Source: an uncultured Candidatus Saccharibacteria bacterium
GTDB lineage: Bacteria; Patescibacteriota; Minisyncoccia; UBA6257
DNA length: 64,000 bases
NCBI GenBank assembly: GCA_964618625.1
Contig: CAZUBI010000001.1
Span: forward strand, 1,940-65,939
Direction: 5' to 3'
Shown here: positions 1 to 9,456 of the stretch, in pieces
Numbering within the stretch: position 1 is the first letter of the stretch
Layout: each line of letters opens with the position of its first letter
The notes under the pieces: model-generated
Databases searched by the model: none
Told to the model about the DNA's origin: nothing
What the model saw: the letters and a program-made list of their open reading frames with translations, nothing else
Program-made: the position numbers and the translations under genes

Positions 1-633
1 AGAAGCCCGCCGACTTCAAGCTGGCCCCTTTATGGCGTAAGACAACAAGTATCTGTAGATTTTACCAACTTTGAGGAGCTAAATTTTAGCTTAGATATGA
101 AGCTGAATAAGTTTGAGCCAAGCATTTACGAACAAAAATGCACAAAATACGGTGCAAAAATTGACAGATACGGCGAATTTTTGATTGTCTTTTTATTAAA
201 GTCTAAGGGTGAAGGCTATGGTCCAAATAATCTGTATTGGCTGTTAATAAATTCTTGTAGTAAGCATTGGTGGTCAGGAGCATATGAGCGTGGAGAATCT
301 GGGAATAAAGAATGTGTATCAAATAGCACAGAATATATAATGGGTGATGGCTTTGGAATTCCAATGTATCATTCGGCCATGGACAATATTACATCTTCCA
401 TTAACAACACGCACCCCATTCTAAAAGAGGGGGAGTGGGTAAGCTATAATGTTGATTTGAAAAAGTTTGCCGAAGATGGAATCAATTACTACAATATTAA
501 ATATGGTACAGATCTTGATTCTAACGATTATGAGCTGGCCCATATTGATCTCGCTTGGGAAATAATAGGAGCTTTTGATACGGAAATAGAATTGAGAAAC
601 CCCTCTCTTAAAGGAAAATTTGCAGCCGATTGA
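1..633 (+). CDS. hypothetical protein, 5'-truncated by window edge
   Basis: Frame is open from base 1 to TGA at 631-633; no recognised motif. Confidence 0.6.
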   Translation, partial: RSPPTSSWPLYGVRQQVSVDFTNFEELNFSLDMKLNKFEPSIYEQKCTKYGAKIDRYGEFLIVFLLKSKGEGYGPNNLYWLLINSCSKHWWSGAYERGESGNKECVSNSTEYIMGDGFGIPMYHSAMDNITSSINNTHPILKEGEWVSYNVDLKKFAEDGINYYNIKYGTDLDSNDYELAHIDLAWEIIGAFDTEIELRNPSLKGKFAAD

Positions 634-683
634 ACCGTTTTTTTAGAAGAAAAATGATGATTATCTTTCGTAACCACGAAAAA

Positions 684-714
684 AATCGTTAAAGAGGCGG
701 TTTTTTGGTAGAAT
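684..714 (+). repeat. degenerate cassette hairpin/promoter module (part B)
   Basis: AATCGTT-AAAGA-GGCGGTT-TTTTGGTAGAAT, 9 nt before ATG 724. Confidence 0.7.
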
Positions 715-723
715 GCAAACAAT

Positions 724-1410
724 ATGGAAATCCCACAAAAGTTATTAAAGATTTATAAGAAATTTGATAATTGTGAGAGATGTAAAAAGAAAAATAATCC
801 ACTCTTACATATTTTAGGTGGCGGTAAATTCCAAAATCCTCAATTTCTTTTCCTTTTTATTAATCCAACCCATCTTAATCTATCAAGTCATAGAAATTAT
901 AAAGGAAAGCGAAGATATCCTTTTATAGGAGTTCGTTATTTTTACCGTTTCTTATCAGAAGCAGGTTTTTTAGATAAAAGAATAATAAATGATATTTACA
1001 GAAAAGGATGGCAGATTGAGGATGAAAGTAGAATTGAGCAGAGTTTGATAAATAATAATGTCTATATCACTAATTTGGTTAAGTGTACTAAACATAATCC
1101 AGAGAGCCCCAATAAAGATATAATCAAACAAGATTTTTCATTACTTCAAAAAGAAATAAATGTAGTTTCGCCAAAATATATTATTGCTTTTGGAAAACTT
1201 CCTTTGGAAATAATAACGGGTAAAAACATTCGTTTAAAAGATTATTTAAAAAAATCCAGAAATAATTCTTATCAGCCCATTAAATCAGTTAATGTTTTAG
1301 GCAAGATGTACAAAGTTTTACTTTGTTACTTTCCAGTTGGGAGAGGCAATCGTCGAGGGGCTTTAGAGATTTTAAGTTATATTAAAAAGCGGTACGCCAA
1401 ACGGATTTAA
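724..1410 (+). CDS. uracil-DNA glycosylase-like family protein
   Basis: N-terminal CxxC, YPFIG, YITNLVKC...P and IIAFGK motifs typical of UDG family 4-like proteins. Confidence 0.75.
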   Translation: MEIPQKLLKIYKKFDNCERCKKKNNPLLHILGGGKFQNPQFLFLFINPTHLNLSSHRNYKGKRRYPFIGVRYFYRFLSEAGFLDKRIINDIYRKGWQIEDESRIEQSLINNNVYITNLVKCTKHNPESPNKDIIKQDFSLLQKEINVVSPKYIIAFGKLPLEIITGKNIRLKDYLKKSRNNSYQPIKSVNVLGKMYKVLLCYFPVGRGNRRGALEILSYIKKRYAKRI

Positions 1411-1411
1411 A

Positions 1412-1433
1412 AATCGCCAAGAAGGCGATTTTT
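1412..1433 (+). repeat. cassette hairpin module (part B) acting as terminator
   Basis: AATCGCC-AAGAA-GGCGATT-TTT directly after the UDG stop codon. Confidence 0.75.
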
Positions 1434-1490
1434 GTTAAGATATATGATAGAATATATGAAAGGTCTAAACATTAAATTAATTTAAAAAAT

Positions 1491-2249
1491 ATGGCAAATA
1501 TCATTATTATAGCAATCGTTATTATTCTTGTATCTTCAATTAGGCAGATAAATCAATATGAAAGGGGAGTTAGGTTTATGTTAGGAAAATATGTTGGTTT
1601 AATGGATCCTGGTTGGAGAATAGTTTTGCCAATCATTCAGTCTTACAGGAAAGTAGATTTAAGAGTAAAAGCAGTTGATGTGCCAAATCAAGAGGCGATT
1701 ACAAAAGACAATATTTCGGTTAGCGTAAACGCGGTTATTTATTATAAAGTTAGAGAAGCTGATAAGGCGGTTTTAGAGGTAGAGAATTTTTATTATGCTA
1801 TTTCCCAATTAGCTCAAACAACAATGCGAAATGCTGTAGGCCAAGTTGATTTAGATGAACTTCTTTCCCAAAGGGATAGAGTTTCAGGTAGTATAAGAGA
1901 TATTATTGATAAGGCTTCTGATCCTTGGGGAATTCAAGTTAATAATGTTGAGTTAAAAGATATAACCTTACCAGAAGAAATGAAGAGAGTGATTGGAAAA
2001 CAGGCTGAAGCAGAAAGAGAAAAAAGAGCAATAATTATTAAAGCTGCAGGGGAGGTAATTGCCGCAAACAATATGGCTAAAGCTGCTAACATATTATCAT
2101 CAGCTAATGGGGCTCTTCACTTAAGAACCCTTCAATCAATTAATGATTTAAGTTCTGATCAGTCAAATACTATTATTTTTGCCGTGCCTTTGGAAGTTTT
2201 AAGATCTTTTGAAGGATTCGGTAAAAGTTTACTGAAAGGAGGAAAATAA
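1491..2249 (+). CDS. SPFH/band-7 (stomatin-like) protein
   Basis: N-terminal TM, YERGVRF, ITKDNISV, AQTTMRN, QAEAERE. Confidence 0.9.
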   Translation: MANIIIIAIVIILVSSIRQINQYERGVRFMLGKYVGLMDPGWRIVLPIIQSYRKVDLRVKAVDVPNQEAITKDNISVSVNAVIYYKVREADKAVLEVENFYYAISQLAQTTMRNAVGQVDLDELLSQRDRVSGSIRDIIDKASDPWGIQVNNVELKDITLPEEMKRVIGKQAEAEREKRAIIIKAAGEVIAANNMAKAANILSSANGALHLRTLQSINDLSSDQSNTIIFAVPLEVLRSFEGFGKSLLKGGK

Positions 2250-2270
2250 GGACAATGAAAAAGAAGATTA

Positions 2271-2531
2271 ATGTGGATGATTAATTTTGCTGTCATAGTT
2301 GGAGTCATTGGAATGATATTTTTGCTAACTGCTTTTGCCTTAAATTTGTTCAAAAAGATTACGCAAGATTCGTTGATTTATAATCTTTTTAATATAATCG
2401 GAGCAGGACTTTTAGCTTATTATGCCTATGCTTTAAACAGTGTCCCTTTTTTAATTCTTGAAGCTATTTGGATATCATTTGCAGCTTATAAATTAATATT
2501 TTTTAATAAAAGAAAAATTATAAAAATGTGA
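2271..2531 (+). CDS. small membrane protein (CBU_0592-like)
   Basis: Three TM segments, YNLFNIIGAGLL motif. Confidence 0.6.
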   Translation: MWMINFAVIVGVIGMIFLLTAFALNLFKKITQDSLIYNLFNIIGAGLLAYYAYALNSVPFLILEAIWISFAAYKLIFFNKRKIIKM

Positions 2532-3280
2532 AAATTGTTTCTTGGAATGTTAACGGAATTAGGGCGGTTTATAAAAAGGATTTTTTAAAATGGTTGAGGG
2601 CAACTAATGCTGATATTGTTTGCTTACAGGAAATAAAAGCCCAAAAAGAGCAAATTCCAACTGATTTACTTAAACAAAAAGATTATTATTTTTATTTTAA
2701 TCAAGCTGTTAAGAAGGGCTATGCTGGAGTAGCTGTTTATACAAAACAGAAGCCATTAAAAGTGGAATGTAAATTAGGCCTGAAAAGATTTGATCAAGAA
2801 GGTAGAATTTTAAAACTTGAATATTCTGATTTTACTCTAATTAATCTCTATTTTCCCCATGGCGGAAGGCAAAAAGAAAATCTTAATTACAAATTAGAAG
2901 TTTATAAATACTTCCTTAATTATTTAAAAAGAATTAAAGATAAAAACATTATTCTTATTGGAGATTTTAATATTGCTCATCAGGAAATTGACTTATCCAG
3001 ACCAAAGCAAAACCAAAATAATATAATGTTTACTTCAGAAGAGAGAAAACAGATAGATAAGATTATTAACTCAGGTTTTATAGATGGTTTTAGAAAATTT
3101 AACAAAGAAGGAAAAAATTATACTTGGTGGCCATATTTTGTTAATGCAAGAGAAAGAAATTTAGGATGGAGAATAGACTATATCTTTGTTTCAAAAAAAT
3201 TAGTCCCAAAACTCAAGAATGCCTTTATACTTAACAAAGTAATGGGCTCTGATCACTGTCCAATAGGAATAGAGATTTAG
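2528..3280 (+). CDS. xth: exodeoxyribonuclease III
   Basis: SWNVNGIRA, LQEIK, GDFNIAH, GWRIDY, GSDHCP. Confidence 0.93.
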   Translation: MKIVSWNVNGIRAVYKKDFLKWLRATNADIVCLQEIKAQKEQIPTDLLKQKDYYFYFNQAVKKGYAGVAVYTKQKPLKVECKLGLKRFDQEGRILKLEYSDFTLINLYFPHGGRQKENLNYKLEVYKYFLNYLKRIKDKNIILIGDFNIAHQEIDLSRPKQNQNNIMFTSEERKQIDKIINSGFIDGFRKFNKEGKNYTWWPYFVNARERNLGWRIDYIFVSKKLVPKLKNAFILNKVMGSDHCPIGIEI

Positions 3281-3331
3281 CTTTTTATATTGTAGAATAT
3301 ATAAAAGGATAAAATATTAATATATCATAAG

Positions 3332-3826
3332 ATGGCTAAAGCCTACAAACATGCTACTTTAATTTGTCTTGCCCTTAGTGCTTCTGCTCTATTAGGGATT
3401 ATAATTGGGATTATTAAGACGAATCCTCTTATAACAATTCTATTCTTATTACCCGCAGTGATTTATGAGGTTTATCGAACAGAGGGGAAGTCAACCAAAT
3501 GGGCTTCTTGGGGGCTCTTGATTGTTTTTATTGCTGAGGTAATTTTTGTTGCTTTTAACATCAGTTTTGATTTAGCAGCATTTTTAGGGACCACACAAGA
3601 GAGTGTGGCTGGGTATACTATTCCACTTGGCGATATTAAAGTTGTTGGGCCGGGTATTATGGCTGTTTTAGCGCTAATATTGTTTGTTCGCACTAGGGGT
3701 CGCTACACTAAATGGTTAGCAATAATTATCTTTATTACCGCTCTTGCTGTTGTATACGCCTTAGATCCGAGTATTTTTTCTCAATTACTCCGTTTTGGAG
3801 TCAGAGAGGGGCTTGATATGTTATAA
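3332..3826 (+). CDS. hypothetical membrane protein
   Basis: Five hydrophobic segments. Confidence 0.65.
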   Translation: MAKAYKHATLICLALSASALLGIIIGIIKTNPLITILFLLPAVIYEVYRTEGKSTKWASWGLLIVFIAEVIFVAFNISFDLAAFLGTTQESVAGYTIPLGDIKVVGPGIMAVLALILFVRTRGRYTKWLAIIIFITALAVVYALDPSIFSQLLRFGVREGLDML

Positions 3827-3911
3827 TAAAAATAGATCAAAAGCTCTTATTTATTTTAATAGGTCGGGGAAGAGCTTAGTAATTAAATTTTAAATCATTT
3901 AAATATTATTT

Positions 3912-4151
3912 ATGGCCGAAAGAAAAGTTTATCATATAGTTCCTAATCCTGGACAAGAAAAGGATTGGAAAATCAAAGAAGAGAATATAGACGAACCAGT
4001 GGGCTTATTTAGCAATAAAGAAGAAGCAATTGAGAAAGCAAAGGAAATAGCGAAAGCAAATGAACCCAGTCAGATAATAATTCACCGGGAAGATGGCCAG
4101 ATTCAGACAGAATATACCTATGGGGATGACCCAAGAGAGCATAAGGGTTAA
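3912..4151 (+). CDS. DUF2188 family protein
   Basis: YHIVP...W...A...IIHREDGQIQ..TYGDDP pattern. Confidence 0.75.
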   Translation: MAERKVYHIVPNPGQEKDWKIKEENIDEPVGLFSNKEEAIEKAKEIAKANEPSQIIIHREDGQIQTEYTYGDDPREHKG

Positions 4152-4334
4152 TGTGAAATAAAGAGTAGGATGTTTTATGAGGGAGGTGCTATTATTCCTG
4201 AAAATTAGTAATATTTTCGAATAACAGCACCTCTTCTTTATTAAAAAGATAAGAATATATATTTATTTCTTATAATATAGAGAGTTCTGTCAAAGAGGGA
4301 ATAACTAATTATTTGAAGAAGGATATAAAATATA

Positions 4335-4781
4335 ATGACAAAATCTATAATATTAACATTTTGGGCTTTAATTGGTTTTTTTCTTTTGATAGCAAGTCAA
4401 TTTTTTATTCCAATAGTTAGAGAATTATTCAAAGGTTCTCTCATTTTTTTGTTACCGTTTATTATTTTTTGTTTATTGGGTATTGTTTTGATATTTCTAA
4501 CCCTAAAACAAAAAGTAGGAGGAGCGCTTAAAAGATTTTTGATAATAACAGGAAGTTCGGCAACAGGGTTTTTTGTTTCTGTTTTTTTGCATAATATTTT
4601 TTATGGTTTAAGTATCATTACTAGCCAAATTAGTATTCTAAATTTTCTTATGGAGATTCTTGATATAGCGTTTTTCATTATTGCAATTTTTGTTTGTCCT
4701 TTAGGATTTGTGATTGGTCTTATAGGGACTATTGTAGTGTTTATTAAAAAGAAAAAAGAAGGTTCTGTTCTTTATAGCTAA
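4335..4781 (+). CDS. hypothetical membrane protein
   Basis: Four TM segments, VFLHNIFYG. Confidence 0.65.
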   Translation: MTKSIILTFWALIGFFLLIASQFFIPIVRELFKGSLIFLLPFIIFCLLGIVLIFLTLKQKVGGALKRFLIITGSSATGFFVSVFLHNIFYGLSIITSQISILNFLMEILDIAFFIIAIFVCPLGFVIGLIGTIVVFIKKKKEGSVLYS

Positions 4782-4834
4782 GAAATTTTAAAAGGCGCTG
4801 AATTAGTTTTCAGCCCTTTTTTATTGGCATTAGT

Positions 4835-4863
4835 TTGACATATCAGGATATTGGATGTATACT
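4835..4863 (+). promoter_or_regulatory. sigma70 promoter of RRM gene
   Basis: TTGACA-17 nt-TATACT. Confidence 0.7.
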
Positions 4864-4897
4864 TGAGCAGGTCGTAAATTAAGTTAAAGAGCAAAAG

Positions 4898-5158
4898 ATG
4901 AGTAACAAACTTTATGTAGGCAGTCTCTCCTATGATACTACTCAAGAGGGTTTAGAAAAATTATTTTCTGAAGCTGGAAAAGTAGAATCAGCAGCTATTA
5001 TCACAGATAAATTTTCTGGAAGATCAAAGGGATTTGGTTTTGTAGAAATGGCATCAGATGAAGAAGCTAAAAAAGCCGTCGAGATGTTCAATGGTAAAGA
5101 ATTAGACGGAAGAACAATCATAGTTGATGAAGCAAAGCCAATGAAGAAAAGTTTTTAA
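4898..5158 (+). CDS. RNA-binding protein (RRM)
   Basis: RNP2 LYVGSL and RNP1 KGFGFVEM. Confidence 0.92.
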   Translation: MSNKLYVGSLSYDTTQEGLEKLFSEAGKVESAAIITDKFSGRSKGFGFVEMASDEEAKKAVEMFNGKELDGRTIIVDEAKPMKKSF

Positions 5159-5178
5159 TTAAGTTTTCTTCTGAATAC

Positions 5179-5205
5179 AAAAGGAGCCCGAAAGGGCTCT
5201 TTTTT
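5179..5205 (+). terminator. intrinsic terminator
   Basis: GAGCCC-GAAA-GGGCTC followed by a T tract. Confidence 0.8.
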
Positions 5206-5307
5206 GTTAGGGGTTGACTTTTGATGGTTATGGGTATATACTCATAATAGATAGTTAGCATAAAGGTCGAACTATTTTGTAATTATAAATTCGTAAATTA
5301 AAAAAAT

Positions 5308-5586
5308 ATGCCAAGACCAAGACTTTGTCGAAGAATTAGATTTAATACAAATATAACTTATTTTAAACCTCAAGGCGTGCCAATGAGATTTTTAGAAATC
5401 GTAGAATTAACTGCTGAAGAAGTAGAGGCATTAAGATTAAAAAACGTAAAAGATTTTAATCAGGAAGAAGCAGCTAAAAAGATGAATACATCTCAGAGTA
5501 CTTTTCAAAGAATATTATTATCAGCCTATAAGAAAATATCAGATGCTTTGATAAATGGTAAAGCTATAAAAATAATTTGTGGATAA
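5308..5586 (+). CDS. DUF134 family HTH protein
   Basis: MPRPRLCR, EEVEALRL, QEEAAKKM, promoter TTGACT(5214)-17-TATACT(5237). Confidence 0.85.
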   Translation: MPRPRLCRRIRFNTNITYFKPQGVPMRFLEIVELTAEEVEALRLKNVKDFNQEEAAKKMNTSQSTFQRILLSAYKKISDALINGKAIKIICG

Positions 5587-5696
5587 TATGGGGATAGTTT
5601 TTAGATTTTAAGTAAAATCTTATAACTTTTACTTTATTTAAGCCAAAAGATCTTCTATTAAAAATAGAGGATTTTTTATTTTTTCTCCTTGACTCT

Positions 5697-5771
5697 ATGG
5701 GTCAATGGGGAGTAAAATGGAAGAAAGTGGATAGATGTGGATAAGTGTGGGGATAAATATGTTTTTTGTGG
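5697..5771 (+). promoter_or_regulatory. MraZ operator repeats
   Basis: RTGG boxes at 10-bp period (5717, 5727, 5737, 5747) upstream of mraZ. Confidence 0.65.
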
Positions 5772-5843
5772 AAAACTTTTGAATTTATTTATTTTGAGCG
5801 AAGTGAAAAACAAAGTTCTTAAGCAAAGCGAAAGGTTTTTATT

Positions 5844-6275
5844 ATGTTTATTGGAGAATATTATTACACAATAGATCCAAAAGGAAGAATAGCTATTCCC
5901 TCTAAGCTGAGAAAGGTTCTTTCTAAAGGGGGAGTTATTACAAAAGGATTAGATAATTGTCTTTTTATTTTTTCTTTAAAAGATTGGCAACAAATGGCAG
6001 AAAAGATTAAAGGATTGCCTTTGAGCCAATCTAATTCCCGGGCTTTTTCCAGGCTAATGCTTGCTGGTGCAATGGGTATTAAGTTAGATAGCCAAGGGAG
6101 AATTCTTGTTCCAGATTATTTAAGAAAATATGTAGGTTTAAAAAAGAAAATTGTTTTGGCAGGTGTTTATAATCGTTTAGAAGTTTGGGATGAAAAAGAA
6201 TGGGAAAAATACAAAAAAAGAACAGAAAAAGAATCAGGTGATATAGCGGAAAAATTAGGAGATTTAGGGATATAA
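5844..6275 (+). CDS. mraZ: division/cell wall cluster repressor MraZ
   Basis: MFIGEY..IDPKGRIAIP and LDSQGRILVP motifs. Confidence 0.95.
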   Translation: MFIGEYYYTIDPKGRIAIPSKLRKVLSKGGVITKGLDNCLFIFSLKDWQQMAEKIKGLPLSQSNSRAFSRLMLAGAMGIKLDSQGRILVPDYLRKYVGLKKKIVLAGVYNRLEVWDEKEWEKYKKRTEKESGDIAEKLGDLGI

Positions 6276-6279
6276 AATC

Positions 6280-7164
6280 ATGGCGCATGTTTCAGTACTT
6301 TTAAAAGAAGTAATTGATTATCTAGACCCACAAGCAAACGAAAATTTTATTGATGCGACAGTAGGCGAAGGAGGACATACTGCTGTGATCCTTAAGAAAA
6401 ATAAACCGAAAGGAAAAGTATTGGGGATTGAAATGGATCCTGATCTTTATCAAAAGCTTAAATTATGTATGACGGAATTTCCAAACAGATTGATTTTAAT
6501 AAATGATTCTTATGTTAATTTGGAAAAGATTGTTAGGAAGAATGATTTTAAGCCAGTTCACGGAATCTTATTTGATTTAGGGATGTGTTCATGGCATTTA
6601 GAAGCATCGGGGAGAGGTTTTTCTTATTTAAAAGATGAACCATTGGATATGCGTTTTAATCCCAAAAATGATTTAACAGCTGCAGAGATTATAAATTTTT
6701 GGGATATAGAAGAAATAGAAAAGATTTTAAAAGAATTTGGAGAAGAAAAATACGCACATCGTATCTCTTTGGCGATTAAAGAAGCGAGGAAAAAAGAAAA
6801 AATTGTTGGAACTCAGCAGTTGGTAGATATTTTAAAAAGAGTTCTTCCAAAAAATTATGATAAGAAAAGAATACATTTTGCCACACGTACATTCCAAGCT
6901 TTACGTATTGTTGTAAATAATGAATTGCAAATAATAGAAAATGGAATTAAGCAAGCTATTAAAATATTAAAACCAGGAGGAAAAATTGCAGTGATTTCAT
7001 TTCATTCTTTAGAAGATAGAATTATAAAAAATATCTTTAGAGAAAAAGCTAAAATTGGAAAATTGAGTATACTCACTAAAAAACCAATAAATCCTTGCCC
7101 AGAAGAAATTAGAAATAATCCACGTTCTCGTTCTGCTAAATTGCGCGTTGCTGAAAGATTATGA
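6280..7164 (+). CDS. rsmH: 16S rRNA m4C1402 methyltransferase
   Basis: HVSVLLKE, DATVGEGGH, FHSLEDR, NPRSRSAKLR. Confidence 0.95.
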   Translation: MAHVSVLLKEVIDYLDPQANENFIDATVGEGGHTAVILKKNKPKGKVLGIEMDPDLYQKLKLCMTEFPNRLILINDSYVNLEKIVRKNDFKPVHGILFDLGMCSWHLEASGRGFSYLKDEPLDMRFNPKNDLTAAEIINFWDIEEIEKILKEFGEEKYAHRISLAIKEARKKEKIVGTQQLVDILKRVLPKNYDKKRIHFATRTFQALRIVVNNELQIIENGIKQAIKILKPGGKIAVISFHSLEDRIIKNIFREKAKIGKLSILTKKPINPCPEEIRNNPRSRSAKLRVAERL

Positions 7165-7224
7165 ATGATTGTAAATTATAAATTACAAAACTACTTAATT
7201 ACTATTAATTGTTTAATCTTATTC

Positions 7225-7632
7225 ATGACAACTATCTATAATTGCAACAAAAATAATAGAAAACATGCAATTGTTTTGCACTCTGCTAGAAAGTATAGCT
7301 CTCGTAAAAAAAGAAAATTGCAATGTTTCATAAATGAAGCAGGGGAGTATATAGGACATATTAAATTAGTTATTCTTCTTTTAATTCCATTTTTAATGAT
7401 TGGAAGTTGTTGGTTGGTGCTTTTTGGGAAAAATATCTCTCTTAATTACATGATTCATAATTTAAAAAATGAGATCAGCCAGAATCAAGAAGAACTTGAT
7501 TATTTAACAGAAAAATCTGCATTTATTACTTCTTCTCAGGAAATAGAAGAATGGGCTAGAGACAACGGTTTTATAAAAGTAGGGCATATTTCTTACTTAA
7601 ATCTGATGAATGATAATTTAGCCCAAAAATAA
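7225..7632 (+). CDS. FtsL-like bitopic division protein (start uncertain, 7165 or 7225)
   Basis: Single TM plus coiled coil, IEEWARDNGF, located between rsmH and the PBP gene. Confidence 0.55.
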   Translation: MTTIYNCNKNNRKHAIVLHSARKYSSRKKRKLQCFINEAGEYIGHIKLVILLLIPFLMIGSCWLVLFGKNISLNYMIHNLKNEISQNQEELDYLTEKSAFITSSQEIEEWARDNGFIKVGHISYLNLMNDNLAQK

Positions 7633-7639
7633 GTTTTCT

Positions 7640-9421
7640 ATGAGAAGAAAAAATAAGAACTTTTTTAAAAGAACTCGTAGAAATAGTCAATCTTTTCAAG
7701 GAAAAATTTCCGTTATTCATTTTTTATTTATTATTCTTTTTCTATTTTTAGGTTATCGGCTTTATAACATTCAAATAAAAGAGAATTTAAAGTTTGTAAA
7801 TCAGGCAGAAGCTCTTCATGAGACAACTACAATTTTACCCCCTAATAGGGGTTCAATTTATTTTCAGGATAAAAATAAGGAATATATTCCTGTTGCCATT
7901 AATAAAAAATATGATTCTCTTTACGCTGTTCCAAAAGAAATAGAAAACCCAGAAGAAGCAAGTGAGGTTTTATCAGAAATAATTCCTTTGTCTTATGAGC
8001 AGATCTTTTCACGTTTAAATAAAGCAGATGATCCATATGAGCCACTTCTTAAAAAGATTGAAGACGATGATTTGATTAATAATATTCAGAAAGCGCAGAT
8101 AAAAGGTATTTATCTTGAAGAAAAGAGTTATCGCTATTATCCATTAGGTTCTTCTGCTGCCCAAGTAATTGGATTTGTAGGAGAGGCAGACGACGGGTTA
8201 ATTAAAGGGCGTTATGGATTAGAATCTTATTATGATACTATTCTTTCTGGCAAGAAAGGCATTTTTATGGGCATTAAGGATGCCTTGGGGCGTTTAGTTC
8301 GTTCCAACTTTTCTGAGGAAGAAAAAACTATTGAAGGACTTTCAATTGAGACTACTATAGATAAAAATATTCAATTTGCTACTGACAGAATTTTGGAGGA
8401 TTTGATAAAATACAGGGAAGCAAGTAAAGGCACAATTATTGTGATGGAAGTAAAAACAGGAAGAATTTTAGCGTTAGCCAATATACCAACATTTAATCTT
8501 AATGATTTTTCTGATATTGAGGATTATTCAATGTTTAGAAATTTTGCTACAGAAGAAAGATATGAACCTGGCTCAGTGATAAAACCTTTTACTATGGCAG
8601 TTGGTCTTGATATTGATAAAGTTACTCCAGATACTACTTATATTGATAAAGGGTATTATGAAGTGGGTGGTTTTCATTTGACTAATTATCGAAATGAAGT
8701 TCATGGAAAGTCTACAATGCGCGATGTTTTAGAGCGTTCTATAAATACCGGAGCAATTTTTGTATCTGAGAAAGTAGGAAGTGAGAATTTGAGAAGATAT
8801 TTTAAAAAATTTGGTTTTGCAGATACAACGGGAATAGATTTGCCCTTAGAGATCAGTGGTGATTTATCTAATTTAGAATATCCAAAATCCAATCCCACGT
8901 ATTCTGCAACTGCTTCTTATGGAGTTGGAATATCTCTTACGCCTATGGAATTAATTAAAGCTTATACAGCAATAGCAAATAAAGGACATTTAGTTACTCC
9001 ATATTTAGTGGAAAGTACAAGGGATCAAGCCGGTAATCGCACTACTCTAATGTTAACTGAATCTTTATCAGATTTTCCTCAAGTAATAAAACAGGAAACC
9101 GCAGAAACCTTAACATCAATGTTAATCGGAGTAATCGAAAATGGTTTTGGGGGAAATGCTAAAGTTAAAGGTTATAGCCTTGCTGGCAAGACAGGAACTT
9201 CTTATGTGGCTTTAGAAGATAAAAGAGGGTATTCTGACGATGTTATTCACACCTTTGTAGGGTTCTTTCCAGCTTCAAATCCCAAATATATTATTTTAGT
9301 AAAAATGGATAAGCCGCAATGGGGCAAAGAAGCTGCTAGTTATACAGTAACTTTAGCTTTTAGAGAAGTTGAACAATTTTTAATAAATTATTATAATATT
9401 CCTCCAGATGAGGAACATTAA
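7640..9421 (+). CDS. class B penicillin-binding protein (FtsI-like)
   Basis: N-terminal TM, RGSI, RYYP, SxxK (GSVIK), SxN (SIN), KTG. Confidence 0.9.
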   Translation: MRRKNKNFFKRTRRNSQSFQGKISVIHFLFIILFLFLGYRLYNIQIKENLKFVNQAEALHETTTILPPNRGSIYFQDKNKEYIPVAINKKYDSLYAVPKEIENPEEASEVLSEIIPLSYEQIFSRLNKADDPYEPLLKKIEDDDLINNIQKAQIKGIYLEEKSYRYYPLGSSAAQVIGFVGEADDGLIKGRYGLESYYDTILSGKKGIFMGIKDALGRLVRSNFSEEEKTIEGLSIETTIDKNIQFATDRILEDLIKYREASKGTIIVMEVKTGRILALANIPTFNLNDFSDIEDYSMFRNFATEERYEPGSVIKPFTMAVGLDIDKVTPDTTYIDKGYYEVGGFHLTNYRNEVHGKSTMRDVLERSINTGAIFVSEKVGSENLRRYFKKFGFADTTGIDLPLEISGDLSNLEYPKSNPTYSATASYGVGISLTPMELIKAYTAIANKGHLVTPYLVESTRDQAGNRTTLMLTESLSDFPQVIKQETAETLTSMLIGVIENGFGGNAKVKGYSLAGKTGTSYVALEDKRGYSDDVIHTFVGFFPASNPKYIILVKMDKPQWGKEAASYTVTLAFREVEQFLINYYNIPPDEEH

Positions 9422-9456
9422 AATAATATAATATTCTACCAGACGAGTTATAGATT

